From assembly GCA_016699595.1 (NCBI GenBank), contig CP064982.1:75647-139646 (forward strand): DNA of 64,000 nucleotides, in the 5' to 3' direction. A program made the position numbers and the translations under genes. The notes beneath the pieces are model-generated. The model was not told the origin of the DNA and did not search any database. It saw nothing but the letters and a program-made list of their open reading frames with translations. Source of the stretch: a bacterium. GTDB taxonomy: Bacteria > Patescibacteriota > Dojkabacteria > GCA-016699595. Below are positions 18,144 through 27,960 of the stretch, piece by piece. Numbering within the stretch: the stretch's first letter is position 1; each line of letters begins with the position of its first letter.

Positions 18144-18611
18144 ATGGCTGTAATTTATGAAACAGAAAATTTTATAGTTAAAACTTATACTACACCCGAA
18201 GTTCCGCATAATGATAGGCTTGATGGAGGCCATATAATTATTTCACCAAAAATTGAAGTAGAATCAAGACAAGATTTAACCCCAGCACAATTAGTTGAAT
18301 TTATTTGGTTATCAAGTATAGTTGGTGAAGCAATGACAAAAGTTTTAACTGAAAAAGGAATTGAAATAGGAAGAATAAATTATCAAGATAACGGGAATTA
18401 TAATCATAAATTTCACCTACATTTATATGGCAGAGCAAAATCTGCAACCAAACAGCCTTATGGAAAACCTTTTGTGATTTATACAGAAGATTTTGAAAAT
18501 TGGAAAGATAATAAACCACTAACCCAAGAAGATATAGCTAAAATTAAATCTAAAATAGAAGAATTATCAACTTTGAAAAAATATCAAAAACAATTATTTA
18601 AATTTAATTAA
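18144..18611 (+). CDS. HIT-like protein (divergent histidine triad HKFHLHLY)
   Basis: GGHIIISPK ... NHKFHLHLYGR; 155 aa; the start codon is 4 nt after the preceding HIT gene. Confidence 0.55.
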   Translation: MAVIYETENFIVKTYTTPEVPHNDRLDGGHIIISPKIEVESRQDLTPAQLVEFIWLSSIVGEAMTKVLTEKGIEIGRINYQDNGNYNHKFHLHLYGRAKSATKQPYGKPFVIYTEDFENWKDNKPLTQEDIAKIKSKIEELSTLKKYQKQLFKFN

Positions 18612-18625
18612 CCTTTTTTAATATT

Positions 18626-19879
18626 ATGAAAAAATCTCCATTATTTACAATTTTTCTAACAGTCTTTATAGACTTGATTGGTTTTTCAATAGCAATTCCT
18701 ATATTGTCAAGCTTGATACAATCACCATTTGGCAAGTTTTTTCCACTTATCGAACCTAGTCAAAGGAATATTGTTTATGGATTTTTGATTGCGAGCTACC
18801 CAATAGCTGCTTTTATCGCAACACCTATAATCGGAGAATTGTCAGATAAGTATGGCAGAAAACCACTTTTAGCTATAAGTTTGATTGGGAGTCTTTTTGC
18901 ACGGTCTCTTTTTATACTAGGAATTGTAAATGCAAATTTACCGTTACTATTTATCGCAAGATCACTTGATGGTATCACTGGTGGAAATATATCTGTTGCA
19001 CAAAGCGCAATAGCTGATGTGTCAACCCCTGAAACCAAAGCCAAAAACTTTGGGATAATTGGCATGGCATTTGGACTCGGTTTTGTCTTGGGTCCATATA
19101 TTGGTGCAAGACTGGCAGATTATCAAATCCTTGGTTTAGACAAAATCATCACACCACTTCTTTTTGCAACAGTTCTTTGTTTAATAAATATACTTTCGGT
19201 ATTTTTTGTATTTCCAGAAACATTGAAAGAAAAGTCCAAGAGTGTAAAAGTTAGCTTTTTTAGTGCATTTAGAAATGTCAAGAAAGCATTTTCGATCAAG
19301 AGTTTAACAGTGATTTTACTAGTTAGCTTTTTGTTTAATTTTGGGTTTAACTTTTTCACTAGCTTTTCGAACTATTACTTCATACAAACTTTCAATTTCA
19401 CTTTTAGTAATATCGGAGATTTGTTTGCATATATAGGAATTTGGATTGCTATAACTCAAGGTGCAATAGTAAGGCCTCTTGTCAAAAAGTATCCAGCAAG
19501 CAAACTTGTCAAATTTGCATTACCATTGACTTCACTTGGATTACTACTGCTTTTGTATCCAAAAGTATTTCCAAACCTAGCAGGAAATTCAAATTATCTT
19601 TACTTAGTCCTTCCTGTCTTTGCTATATTCAACGGAATAGTAACTCCAAATTTGATAGGTTTGGTTTCAAACTCAGCAGATCCAAAGGAGCAGGGCGAAG
19701 TTTTGGGAATCAATGCAAGCATCGGAAGTCTTGCTCAAGCAATTCCTCCAATTTTGGCAGCATACATAGCAAATATTAGCAACGAGCTTCCTCTTATAGT
19801 TGGAGCTGGAGTGATTTTTGTGGCTTTTCTAATTTTTGCAACTAGTTATAAAGAGCAGAAGTTTAAAATTGAAGAATGA
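18626..19879 (+). CDS. MFS transporter (DHA1/TetA-like), copy 2
   Basis: 12 TM; motif A GELSDKYGRKPLLAI; similar to copy 1 along its whole length (for example LDGITGGNI.VA.SAIADVS, EQGEVLGIN.SI..LAQAIPP). Confidence 0.85.
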   Translation: MKKSPLFTIFLTVFIDLIGFSIAIPILSSLIQSPFGKFFPLIEPSQRNIVYGFLIASYPIAAFIATPIIGELSDKYGRKPLLAISLIGSLFARSLFILGIVNANLPLLFIARSLDGITGGNISVAQSAIADVSTPETKAKNFGIIGMAFGLGFVLGPYIGARLADYQILGLDKIITPLLFATVLCLINILSVFFVFPETLKEKSKSVKVSFFSAFRNVKKAFSIKSLTVILLVSFLFNFGFNFFTSFSNYYFIQTFNFTFSNIGDLFAYIGIWIAITQGAIVRPLVKKYPASKLVKFALPLTSLGLLLLLYPKVFPNLAGNSNYLYLVLPVFAIFNGIVTPNLIGLVSNSADPKEQGEVLGINASIGSLAQAIPPILAAYIANISNELPLIVGAGVIFVAFLIFATSYKEQKFKIEE

Positions 19880-19919
19880 TTCCAGGTTATAGATACCAGC
19901 AAATCATCAATCTCAAACA

Positions 19920-21542
19920 ATGAGTTTAATGGCAAATTTAAGCTCTCAACAAAAAACAATTGCCAAAGAAGTTTTGAAAGAACTCAAAGCCCGACTTGGA
20001 TTTCTAAATTCAGTTGGCTTAAGTTACCTAACTTTATCAAGAACTGCTAGAACGCTTTCTGGTGGTGAAGCTCAAAGAATCCGACTTGCTTCACAAATTG
20101 GTTCAGGTTTGACTGGAGTTTTGTACATACTTGATGAACCAAGTATCGGACTTCATCAAAAAGATAATGAAAGGTTACTCGAAACTTTACTTCATCTTCG
20201 AGACATAGGAAATTCAGTTGTAGTTGTCGAACATGATGAAGATACTATCAAACATGCAGATTGGATAGTTGATGTTGGACCAAAAGCCGGTGAACATGGA
20301 GGAGAAATTATTTATAATGGAGAACTGGATGATTTTGACAAAGTAGAAAATTCTCTAACATCTGACTATATTTCAGGTAGAAAAAGTATAAATAAAGATA
20401 ATATCTTAGCTAAAGTTGCGACATTCGATAAAGATTTGACTGATCTTGAAAATGAAGCTGGGACAAGACAATTCATGACAAAAAAAGTTGCAAAGAAAGC
20501 TCCGGAATTAGCTTCACTCAAAAAAGCGGATGTTTTGAAAAGGCAAAAGGATTATTCTATAAAAGTAATCGGAGCAAGTGAGAATAATTTGAAAAATATC
20601 GATGTAGAATTTCCACTTGGCAAATTTATCTCAGTTACTGGAGTTTCTGGATCTGGTAAGTCAACTTTAGTTAATGATATTTTGGCTAAGTCTTTGATGA
20701 AAGATATTTATGATAGTAAAGAAATTCCTGGTAAGCACGAAGCAATAACTGGATTCGAATATATAGACAAAGTTGTAGTTATAGACCAAAGCCCAATTGG
20801 TAGAACTCCAAGATCAAATCCAGCAACTTATACTGGGGTTTTCAACTATATTCGAGATATTTTCGCAGAAACTAAAGAAGCAAAAATCCGAGGTTATGGT
20901 CCAGGTAGATTTAGTTTCAATACAAAAGGTGGTAGATGTGAAAAATGCAAGGGTGATGGAGTTTTGAAAATTGAAATGCAATTTTTGCCTGATGTTTTTG
21001 TAGAATGTGAAGCATGTCATGGTAAAAGATATAATGAAGATACTTTGCAGATTGATTATAAAGGCAAAAATATTTCGCAAATTCTTGAGTTGACAGTTGA
21101 AGATTCAGTTAAATTTTTTGAAAAGATTCCTTGGGCAGAAAATAAACTCAAAACTCTTGAGAAAGTTGGACTTGGTTATATCAGACTCGGTCAATCAGCA
21201 ACTACACTTTCTGGAGGTGAAGCTCAAAGGGTGAAACTTGCAACTGAACTTAGTAAAAGGCAAACTGGAAAGACTGTTTATATACTTGATGAACCTACAA
21301 CCGGACTTCATTTTGCAGATGTTGAGAACTTGCTTCTTGTACTTCATTCGCTTGTCGCAAAAGGAAATACTGTAATTGTAATTGAGCATAACTTGGATGT
21401 AGTGAAAACTTCAGACTGGATAATTGACTTAGGACCAGAAGGTGGTGATAAAGGTGGTCAAGTAATAGTTGCAGGAAGTGTAGATAATGTGAAAAGATGT
21501 GAAAAAAGCTATACTGGAGAGTGGTTGAGAAAGATCAGATGA
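19920..21542 (+). CDS. uvrA: UvrA C-terminal fragment (signature/Walker B of NBD-I plus complete NBD-II) with its own ATG
   Basis: [108 protein letters not shown] resumes exactly where the N-fragment stops relative to E. coli UvrA (…[57 protein letters not shown]…). It continues through the second Walker [11 protein letters not shown], a CxxC…CxxC pair and the second signature [12 protein letters not shown]. Confidence 0.9.
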   Translation: MSLMANLSSQQKTIAKEVLKELKARLGFLNSVGLSYLTLSRTARTLSGGEAQRIRLASQIGSGLTGVLYILDEPSIGLHQKDNERLLETLLHLRDIGNSVVVVEHDEDTIKHADWIVDVGPKAGEHGGEIIYNGELDDFDKVENSLTSDYISGRKSINKDNILAKVATFDKDLTDLENEAGTRQFMTKKVAKKAPELASLKKADVLKRQKDYSIKVIGASENNLKNIDVEFPLGKFISVTGVSGSGKSTLVNDILAKSLMKDIYDSKEIPGKHEAITGFEYIDKVVVIDQSPIGRTPRSNPATYTGVFNYIRDIFAETKEAKIRGYGPGRFSFNTKGGRCEKCKGDGVLKIEMQFLPDVFVECEACHGKRYNEDTLQIDYKGKNISQILELTVEDSVKFFEKIPWAENKLKTLEKVGLGYIRLGQSATTLSGGEAQRVKLATELSKRQTGKTVYILDEPTTGLHFADVENLLLVLHSLVAKGNTVIVIEHNLDVVKTSDWIIDLGPEGGDKGGQVIVAGSVDNVKRCEKSYTGEWLRKIR

Positions 21543-21773
21543 CAATAGTTTTACAGTTTGGAACTCAATCTCCAAACTTGATTTGTCCAGAATTATTATT
21601 ATATATTGTCATATTTTGTTCAAATTCTTCTTTGGTAATTTCATTCGAAACTTTTGAATATGGAACTTTTATAATTTTTCACTTTCAGTTCAATTCTGTT
21701 TTTTCTAATTATTTAGACAATATTCCTCTCAAGTCTCCGCCTGTAATTGATGAAAATGCTCATTAGTAAAAAC

Positions 21774-24113
21774 CTAAAATTCTAAATTTTCCCAATCGCG
21801 CTCGTTTTCATAAACATAATTCTCTTTTTTGTTTATTCTCCAACTAGGATGTTTAAAATCGGCAATTCCTCCCATAATTTCAAAATCATAACTTGCTTTT
21901 TTCGCTTTAATCCATTCTTGAAGTGTTTTATTTTTGTCTGCTGTTTCTTGTGACATTGCAGTACTTCCTGATTTTGTATCAAGCAAATAAACTTTGTTTT
22001 CTTTTTTTATAATAAAGTCTGGATAAAAAAGCCGGTTTTTCTTTTCTTGTGTGTCGTAGTATTCAATAGCAAAAACATTTCTTCCACTATCTTCTTGCTT
22101 ATGCCACCAATCAATATCTTGTGATTCTAAAAATTCAATAAATTTAGTTTCATTATCTTTTCCTTTGTAAACTTTTTTAATATAAAATTTTTCATAAACA
22201 TTTTTTGATGCTTTTAACTCTTCAAAATCTTCTGTATAACTCATTTCTTGCTCTGGAATTAGAGTATCAAAAATATCTTTTTCTTCTTTTTCTTTTATTT
22301 CAATATTATAAGTTGTTCTAAAATCAATAAGTGCTTTGTGAATAGCTTTTTTTAACTCGCTATTTGGATTTAAAAGTTCATTTACAATTATTTTATACCA
22401 AACACTTCTATCTAAACCAAACCTTGTACTAAACCAAACATTTAAAGCCTGTTTTAATTGCCCCCATGATCTTGATGGATTGTATTTTGCTTCGTCAAGT
22501 TGCTGCTTTTTTAGTTCTTCAAAACAAAGTAAGTTATAAAGTCTTTCAATATCTAATTGTGAAAAATGATAATCTAAGTTTTTACCTTTATCTTTAATTT
22601 CTTTTACAAAATTATCAAAACTTTCAATTTCTGCATCAACGATTATTTGATTATTTACGTTTTCTTGATAAAGATTTATTTTCCCCTTTACTGCTGTAAT
22701 ATTTTCAGAAAAGTCTATAATTAAATTATCTTTGGTTCCAAAATATTCATCTAAAGTCTTTTTAAAAGATTTTTGCCATAAAGGAGGAGGTGTCAAAGTA
22801 TTAAAATCTGTTCTGTGATGAAAAATTGTTTCAAGTCTAATTTGTAAAACATCTTTTTTAAGTTTTGTATAATAAATCGGAGATTTGTTTCCGTTTTCTA
22901 CTTCTTTTATATCTTTAATATGACTTTTATTATAATTTGTGTAAATATATGCTTTGTTTAGTTCTTCTTTTTCATAATGATGGCCTTCAGGCATTCTTTT
23001 TATTCTCCCTATTATTTGAGTATGAAACGAAGGACTTCCAATTTCTCTAAACATAACCAAAACATCAGCTCTCGGACAATCCCAACCAGTCGCAGGAGCT
23101 ACTTTGAAAATCATGAAATTAACTTCATTATTATTTTTTTCTATTAACTCAAGATTTTTCTTTTCGTTTGATAACCAAATGGCAATTTCATTTTCTTTTA
23201 CTCCTTTTTGTTTCAAAAACGACAAAACCATATCTTTTTTGTTTGTTGCTACATCTTCTTTTTCTTTTTCATCACTTGGAAGTTGTATAAGAACAAGAGG
23301 ATTGATTCCAAGTTCTAAATCGTCATAATATTTTTTTAGTTCTAATCTTTTTTTGAAAGCAAGTTCAAGCATTATTTCATCTTCACTCAGTTCTTTATTT
23401 TCAAGTTTTATAATCTCTTCTTCTGTTTGGATAATGATTTTTTCTTTTATCAGCCCACTTTTGATCACATCTTCTTCCAAAACTTCTACAAAACCTGCTT
23501 TCTTTTGATTTATTTCACTAATATTTGGCAAGTCTTTTGGGGTTGCTGTAATTTTTAAAATAATTCTTGGATCTATAAGTTCAATAACTTCATTTGCAAG
23601 TGTTGTATTCGTTTCCGTATGTGCTTCGTCAATTATCAAAACAAGATCTCTTTCTTTTTTTGTTTTTTTAATAAATTCATCAAAAACTCCAAATTCTCCT
23701 TCTGTGTGTTCGTTTGGTTTTTTTAATTTTTTTGATTCTTTATCTGTTCCTTTTATTTTTGCCCAGTTGATAAAGAAAATATTGTTTTTATAAAGTTTTC
23801 CTTCGCTTAAATTATTTATATCTTTCAAATTCATATCAGTACCTTCATTGTAGTAATGATAGAGTTTATTTTTTGATTGAGTATAAGACTCATCTCCACC
23901 AAAAGAGATCCATAAATATGCCTTATCTTCATGAAATTGGTAATTATCATCAAGACATCTCAAAAATTCTGCCATCATTATGGTTTTCCCTGCTCCAGTT
24001 GGAGCTTTAAAAATAAGAGGGATTTTATAGTTTCCCGTTTTCCATAAATCCAAAAAAGTAAGACTTAATTGATTTATTGCCGATTCTTGAAAATCTTTTA
24101 AATGTATAGACAT
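21774..24113 (-). CDS. res: Type III restriction enzyme Res subunit (SF2 helicase + PD-(D/E)xK nuclease)
   Basis: Walker A KAPTGAGKT and DEAH box LIIDEAH; C-terminal YPDFII...VYLLDTKSG nuclease-like motif; lies immediately downstream of the mod gene on the same strand. Confidence 0.8.
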   Translation of the reverse strand: MSIHLKDFQESAINQLSLTFLDLWKTGNYKIPLIFKAPTGAGKTIMMAEFLRCLDDNYQFHEDKAYLWISFGGDESYTQSKNKLYHYYNEGTDMNLKDINNLSEGKLYKNNIFFINWAKIKGTDKESKKLKKPNEHTEGEFGVFDEFIKKTKKERDLVLIIDEAHTETNTTLANEVIELIDPRIILKITATPKDLPNISEINQKKAGFVEVLEEDVIKSGLIKEKIIIQTEEEIIKLENKELSEDEIMLELAFKKRLELKKYYDDLELGINPLVLIQLPSDEKEKEDVATNKKDMVLSFLKQKGVKENEIAIWLSNEKKNLELIEKNNNEVNFMIFKVAPATGWDCPRADVLVMFREIGSPSFHTQIIGRIKRMPEGHHYEKEELNKAYIYTNYNKSHIKDIKEVENGNKSPIYYTKLKKDVLQIRLETIFHHRTDFNTLTPPPLWQKSFKKTLDEYFGTKDNLIIDFSENITAVKGKINLYQENVNNQIIVDAEIESFDNFVKEIKDKGKNLDYHFSQLDIERLYNLLCFEELKKQQLDEAKYNPSRSWGQLKQALNVWFSTRFGLDRSVWYKIIVNELLNPNSELKKAIHKALIDFRTTYNIEIKEKEEKDIFDTLIPEQEMSYTEDFEELKASKNVYEKFYIKKVYKGKDNETKFIEFLESQDIDWWHKQEDSGRNVFAIEYYDTQEKKNRLFYPDFIIKKENKVYLLDTKSGSTAMSQETADKNKTLQEWIKAKKASYDFEIMGGIADFKHPSWRINKKENYVYENERDWENLEF

Positions 24114-24119
24114 AGTGTT

Positions 24120-26255
24120 TTATTTAATATTAAAAGTGTTTATCATATTTATTATATGATCATAAAAATCTTGCAAATCTTTTAAATCAAAACCAGTATA
24201 ATCTCCATGACTTGCATTATTTCCGATAACGATAAAAGTTTTGTTTTTCTCCCAAAATATTTTATCAAAAATATTTATTCTCTTAATTTCATCATTAAGA
24301 TTAGATAGTTTTTTACCTTCAAATTCTATGGAATTTTTAAAACATATTTCATGAGTGATGTGTTCCATACATATTCGCAGAACTCTGGCTCCATCTTCTT
24401 TATTTGAATTATCTATATGCTTTTTAGCCCTTATTATCTCATTATTTAAATTAAACCTTCTTACACTTTCTCTTAAAGTTAAATTGATTTCTTTATAAAT
24501 TTCTAATATTGGTTCTGGTATATCTTCCAAAACAATATTTTTACCAAGATAATTAAATATTTTTTTATCAATTCTTGAATAACTAAAAACATACAAGACT
24601 GTTTTTGTCTTACCTATTTTTTTTACTAAACTTTCAAATTCATCCATATTTTCACGAAAATATATAGCTGTTTTTCTGCTTTTATCTTTGTTTTCAAAAA
24701 TTTGATACCACTGGTTTGTTTCTACTTCTTCAAAAGTATTTTCTTTAATAGCTATCATTTGTCCTGCTTTTTCTGTAAGTTTATTTCTTTGCTGATCATT
24801 AATATTATCAATTCTTTCTACTGGTATTAAATCTGTTTTGAAATATTGAAGATTACCATTTAGACCCTCAATAAATTCTCCATTTCCATTTTTATTATAA
24901 CCTTTGATAACTTTTTCTAACCTTGGATATGTTACTCTTTGGCAAATTCCAAATTTTTCTTTGTCTTCATTTGGATTTTTTTCTGCAAGTTCACTTCCTA
25001 CTCCGTTTAAATCATTATTAGTACATAAAATAAATCTACGATTCCCATTATCTTCTTTGTTCAATTGTAAAATCGCTTGTCCTGTTGTGCCTGACCCAGC
25101 AAAAAAATCTAAGATTGTAGAATTTTTATTTTCATAAGTAATACTCTCTATAAGATATTTAATTAATTTTGTTGGTTTGGGATAATCCATAGGAGAAATT
25201 CCATCAAACAAATTTTTTAATTCATTTGTAGCATCTGTATTTGTCGCTCCATCATTTATATATTTGCTATATAAACTAATTGGTGCTTTAATTCCAGCTT
25301 CTCTATTTGATATTTCTAATGTCGCTCTTAATGTTTTTATGCTTTTTATATATATAATTCCATTATCACTACTAATTGCTTCATTTATTTTTTCTTGAGA
25401 CCACTTAAATCTTCCTTCTAAAATTATGTCTTCATTTGCAATTCCATTTTCAATAATTAAATCATTTTTGAGATAAACTTTTAGTTCTCCATTCCCATAA
25501 ATTCCAGATTTTAATTCTCCATTATATTTAGAGCCTATTATTGTTTTTTCTTTTTTAAATAATCTTACAGCTATAGAATTTGATTTATTTAACATTTCTA
25601 TATGCTTATTAGGATCAGTCATCCCTCCTTTAAATTCTAATTTATTATTTGAATTTTTATAAACTAACACATATTCTGTTACATTTATTACTTCTCTAGT
25701 CAAAAAAGATGGTTGTGTTTTCTTGTGCCAAATAATGGGATTTAAAAAATTATTCTCTCCAAACACAGCATCACACAACAATTTTAACTGAGCAAACTCA
25801 TTGTCATCAATACTAATAAAAATAACTCCTTTTTCTGTTAGTAAATTTCTAGCAAGTCTTAATCTTTTATCCATAAAATTTAGCCACTTGCTATGCCTAT
25901 ATCCGTCTTCTTTGTCTATATATTTATCATTATAAACAAAATCTTTATTTCCAGTATTATACGGAGGATCAATATAAATTACATCAATCTTCCCTTTGTG
26001 AGTATAATTGAGACAAGTAAGAGCATGATAATTATCTCCTTCTATCAAAATATTATCATCACTATCATCAGTTTTGATTTCTTTTTCTTTTATTCTCTGT
26101 AAAATCGGAATATTATTTTCACAATCCAAAACAACTTGTTCTGGTTCTTTTTCACTATCCCAAACAAGCCCATACTTTTTAGTTTTTAGCTCTTTTTCTT
26201 GTTTTTCAACAAGTTTTAAGAGTTCTTCTTTGGATAAGTCTTGATATTTAGACAT
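24120..26255 (-). CDS. mod: Type III R-M Mod subunit (beta-class N6-adenine DNA methyltransferase)
   Basis: Motif IV DVIYIDPPYNTG precedes motif I ILDFFAGSGTTGQA (the beta-class order typical of Type III Mod); 711 aa; 6-nt gap to res. Confidence 0.85.
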   Translation of the reverse strand: MSKYQDLSKEELLKLVEKQEKELKTKKYGLVWDSEKEPEQVVLDCENNIPILQRIKEKEIKTDDSDDNILIEGDNYHALTCLNYTHKGKIDVIYIDPPYNTGNKDFVYNDKYIDKEDGYRHSKWLNFMDKRLRLARNLLTEKGVIFISIDDNEFAQLKLLCDAVFGENNFLNPIIWHKKTQPSFLTREVINVTEYVLVYKNSNNKLEFKGGMTDPNKHIEMLNKSNSIAVRLFKKEKTIIGSKYNGELKSGIYGNGELKVYLKNDLIIENGIANEDIILEGRFKWSQEKINEAISSDNGIIYIKSIKTLRATLEISNREAGIKAPISLYSKYINDGATNTDATNELKNLFDGISPMDYPKPTKLIKYLIESITYENKNSTILDFFAGSGTTGQAILQLNKEDNGNRRFILCTNNDLNGVGSELAEKNPNEDKEKFGICQRVTYPRLEKVIKGYNKNGNGEFIEGLNGNLQYFKTDLIPVERIDNINDQQRNKLTEKAGQMIAIKENTFEEVETNQWYQIFENKDKSRKTAIYFRENMDEFESLVKKIGKTKTVLYVFSYSRIDKKIFNYLGKNIVLEDIPEPILEIYKEINLTLRESVRRFNLNNEIIRAKKHIDNSNKEDGARVLRICMEHITHEICFKNSIEFEGKKLSNLNDEIKRINIFDKIFWEKNKTFIVIGNNASHGDYTGFDLKDLQDFYDHIINMINTFNIK

Positions 26256-26370
26256 GAATTTTCTTTTGTAAAATCTTTTATTATATTTTTATAGATAAGT
26301 CGATACATAAGTATAATATAATTCTATTATTTTCAGTAAAATATTGCAAACAGAGATCGATCATGCATTT

Positions 26371-26379
26371 TGTTATAAT
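26371..26379 (+). promoter_or_regulatory. extended -10 box TGtTATAAT, 6 nt upstream of the umuC ATG
   Basis: TG at 26371-26372, TATAAT at 26374-26379; ATG at 26386. Confidence 0.35.
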
Positions 26380-26385
26380 TTCCCC

Positions 26386-27669
26386 ATGTTCGCCCTAATC
26401 GACTGCAACAATTTCTACGCAAGTTGTGAACGGAAACGAAACCCAAGTCTGATCGATAAACCAATAGTTGTAGCTTCAGGTTTGCAAGGTGCAGTTATTG
26501 CTAGATCAAATGAAGCAAAAAAACTTGGTATCAAAACTGGTGATCCAATTTTCAAAATAAAAGATTTGATTGAGAAAAATCATGTTGCAGTCATTCCTAC
26601 TGATATTCCATATTATGTCAAAATTTCAAGATCAGTTATGAAATGTTTGAATGAATTTTCTCCTGTTGTTGAGATTTACTCAATTGATGAAGCTTTTGTA
26701 ACTATTTCAAATTATGAAAAAGATTATGAAACATTTAGTAAAAAGATAATTGATAAAATATGGGATCAAACAGGAATTCCAGTTTCTATAGGAATTGCAA
26801 AAACTAAGGTTTTATGTAAAATTGCTAGTAAATTAGCCAAAAAAGGCTACAAGTTTTTTGTTTTAGACAAAGATATACTTGGAGATGTTGAGTTTAGTAG
26901 TATTTTGAAGAACTTTCCAATTGAAGATATTTGGGGAGTTGGTTATAAGTTAAACTTAAAACTGCAAGTAAACTATATCTATAATGCAGAAGATTTGAGG
27001 CAAATGGATCTCAAACTGGCTCAGAAAATTGGAAATATTAATCTTGTTCGAATTGTTCAAGAACTGAATGAAATTAGTGTAATTGAAATAAATGAAAAGT
27101 TTGAAGCGAGAAAGATGATTTTGTTTTCCAGATCATTTACAACTCCGATTTTTGAATATGAAGTGCTTGAAAGTAAATTAGCAAAGTTTGTAAGTAGAGC
27201 TTCAGAAAAACTTCGCTCTCAAAATTCACTTTGTGGCAAAATTTCAGTTTACCTCTCAACTTCTCGATTTGAAAAAGCTGAAAAATATAGTATGTATGAA
27301 GAATTGAAAATCATTCCAACCGACTTTACTCCAGAACTTATCAAACACTGCAAAGTTTTACTTCAAAGAGCATATAAACCAAATACAAGATTCAAAAAAA
27401 TGGGAGTAGTTTTGACAAATTTTACTGACAGAAGTTTTGATCAAGTTGAACTTTTTGATAATGAGCAAACTTTGAAATTGAAAAACAAAAAGAGCAATAT
27501 GATGAAAGCGGTTGACAAGATAAACCAAAAATATGGTAAAAATATAGTCAAGAGCAGTGCTGAAGTTGAGAACTACAAGTCAAATGAAGCGAACTGGACT
27601 TCGCAAGATCCGGTAAATAGTTATGGAGATGACAATGCAACAATATTTGATGCGAAGAGGTTTATTTGA
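26386..27669 (+). CDS. umuC: Y-family translesion DNA polymerase, UmuC-like
   Basis: MFALIDCNNFYASCERKRNPSL is almost superimposable on E. coli UmuC MFALCDVNAFYASCETVFRPDL; also VVASGLQGAVIARSNEAKKLGIKTGDP, SIDEAFV. Start placed at ATG 26386 rather than the upstream TTG of the track ORF. Confidence 0.8.
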   Translation: MFALIDCNNFYASCERKRNPSLIDKPIVVASGLQGAVIARSNEAKKLGIKTGDPIFKIKDLIEKNHVAVIPTDIPYYVKISRSVMKCLNEFSPVVEIYSIDEAFVTISNYEKDYETFSKKIIDKIWDQTGIPVSIGIAKTKVLCKIASKLAKKGYKFFVLDKDILGDVEFSSILKNFPIEDIWGVGYKLNLKLQVNYIYNAEDLRQMDLKLAQKIGNINLVRIVQELNEISVIEINEKFEARKMILFSRSFTTPIFEYEVLESKLAKFVSRASEKLRSQNSLCGKISVYLSTSRFEKAEKYSMYEELKIIPTDFTPELIKHCKVLLQRAYKPNTRFKKMGVVLTNFTDRSFDQVELFDNEQTLKLKNKKSNMMKAVDKINQKYGKNIVKSSAEVENYKSNEANWTSQDPVNSYGDDNATIFDAKRFI

Positions 27670-27728
27670 GTTTGAAATGGTGAAAAGAATATAGACATAA
27701 TTAGATGCCTACATTCAAAGATCAAAAC

Positions 27729-27944
27729 TTATAATTTATGAAAAATATCTTTGCTTATGCCTGGTAAATTTACATCAAAAACTCGCTCGAGTAGTCGAAA
27801 GCCCAAAGGTTTGATTGTAGTGGAAGTGTGATATTCACCATTACTGTCTGGCGCTGATGCACAAGTACTGCCATAGCCAACGCAAGGCGTTGAAAGTGGG
27901 AGAAAGAATGTAATTAAAAACAGTATAAGTATTATGATACTCAT
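27729..27944 (-). CDS. small secreted Cys-containing protein (hypothetical)
   Basis: An internal Met start gives MSIIILILFLITFFLPLSTPCVGYGSTCASAPDSNGEYHTS..., a signal-peptide-like N-terminus; the longer track ORF would overlap the upstream gene by 65 nt. Confidence 0.3.
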   Translation of the reverse strand: MSIIILILFLITFFLPLSTPCVGYGSTCASAPDSNGEYHTSTTIKPLGFRLLERVFDVNLPGISKDIFHKL

Positions 27945-27960
27945 CTTTTTAGTTTGAAAT

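Noticed and set aside
16330-19935. Shared octamer ATAGATAC at the end of uvrA-N (tggATAGATACaatagcaag) and just upstream of uvrA-C (gttATAGATACcagcaaatc), considered as a target-site duplication of an inserted cassette
   Set aside because: The two copies sit in different codon phases relative to the uvrA reading frame. A simple insertion with target-site duplication would therefore not reconstruct an in-frame uvrA, and an 8-bp AT-rich match is plausible by chance.
26344-26385. TTG start (26344) for umuC giving an extra MQTEIDHAFCYNFP N-terminus
   Set aside because: UmuC homology begins precisely at the ATG at 26386 (MFALIDCNNFYASCE). The upstream codons overlap the extended -10 promoter.
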